Sequence record: LC494302.1 | Length of the DNA: 64,000 nt | Strand: one strand, 5' to 3' | Shown: positions 63,322-64,000 of the stretch, in pieces | Layout: each line of letters starts with the position of its first letter | How positions within the stretch are numbered: the first letter of the stretch is position 1 | The notes under the pieces: model-generated | Seen by the model: the letters and a program-made list of their open reading frames with translations, nothing else | What the model was told of the DNA's origin: nothing | Database searches by the model: none | Program-made: the position numbers and the translations under genes

Positions 63322-63803
63322 ACATAAACAAATACCAAACTTATATAAAACGTACAGAAAGTTTCAAACGGCTGGCTGTAAAATCTGAATTAGAATTTAA
63401 TTTGTATTATCCTAATATTGGTGATGAGGTATTTTATTGCTCTCATTCAAAGAATGGAACTTTACTTAAATCGGGTAAAGGAACTATTGTTGATATGACC
63501 GCAAATTTCAGAGGTAAACTTAATGTAATGTACAAAGTACAAGATTCAAGTACTGAGTGTATTCATGAAGTGATGCATAACATACCTGCATATCCAAAAG
63601 ATTTTGTTCAGCTAATATCTCGAAGGGAGAAACCTATGTTTTATTGTGGTTACGACAAATTAACCAAACAAATTATTCCTAATACTATGGGAAAATTTAA
63701 AAGTGATGTGAAATCTGAACTTGAAAAGAAATTTGGCACGTCATGGGAAACTGAAAACGAGTTTATCGAAATTCGTTTAATTGAAATTACTATACTTGAA
63801 TAA
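63318..63803 (+). CDS. hypothetical protein
   Basis: Probable TTG start at 63318, overlapping the MTase stop. Confidence 0.6.
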   Translation: MNINKYQTYIKRTESFKRLAVKSELEFNLYYPNIGDEVFYCSHSKNGTLLKSGKGTIVDMTANFRGKLNVMYKVQDSSTECIHEVMHNIPAYPKDFVQLISRREKPMFYCGYDKLTKQIIPNTMGKFKSDVKSELEKKFGTSWETENEFIEIRLIEITILE

Positions 63804-63807
63804 TTAC

Positions 63808-63832
63808 AAATCCACGCATTGCGTGGATTTTT
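63808..63832 (+). terminator. rho-independent terminator
   Basis: AAATCCACGC-ATT-GCGTGGATTT then TT. Confidence 0.7.
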
Positions 63833-63845
63833 CATAGGTGCATAT

Positions 63846-64000
63846 ATGCCAATTCCTTATGTTAAAATTATTAATAATATTCTCGATTCATGGGAAGATG
63901 TTATTACTGGTAAAAAGAAACCATCACCAGTACATGCTTTATCTGGGAAACTTCAATTCAGAATGTCAAACCAAACTGAAACATTTAATAATCATGATAT
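63846..64000 (+). CDS. hypothetical protein, truncated by the window end
   Basis: ATG 63846 after AGGTG; open to 64000. Confidence 0.55.
   Translation, partial: MPIPYVKIINNILDSWEDVITGKKKPSPVHALSGKLQFRMSNQTETFNNHD

Overview
This 64-kb window is from the core of an AT-rich (roughly one-third GC by eye) T4-related jumbo myophage. Gene content and order best fit the RaK2/GAP32/PBECO4/121Q-like group; this is inferred from recalled family motifs, not from a database search. The first ~48 kb hold replication, recombination and packaging genes: T4-type RNase H, large terminase, gp32 SSB, UvsX/UvsY/UvsW, primase, gp41 helicase, gp44 clamp loader and two-subunit topoisomerase II. The same stretch carries nucleotide metabolism genes (NrdA/B, DHFR, NTP pyrophosphatase, HAD nucleotidase), host-like regulators (IF3, ClpS-like, GroES-like, an unlisted Hfq-like ORF) and TAAATA-promoter late genes. 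From ~49.6 kb on is an early accessory region with TelA-like, membrane and NADAR-like genes, a paralog array and an orphan C5 methyltransferase. Main findings: (1) two tandem T4 holin-T-like genes on the minus strand, each broken by a +1 frameshift at an in-frame CGG-A, which suggests programmed recoding of lysis genes; (2) a miniature DnaE-type polymerase split into two genes ~30 kb apart; (3) about 100 copies of the palindrome AGTACT, versus ~22 expected; (4) a degenerate terminase-ATPase paralog just upstream of terL; (5) a 55-aa Hfq/Sm-like ORF missed by the ORF track; (6) three promoter classes, one of them GRGACA-N16-TATAAT. I found no CRISPR array, tRNA, rRNA, intron, intein or transposon.
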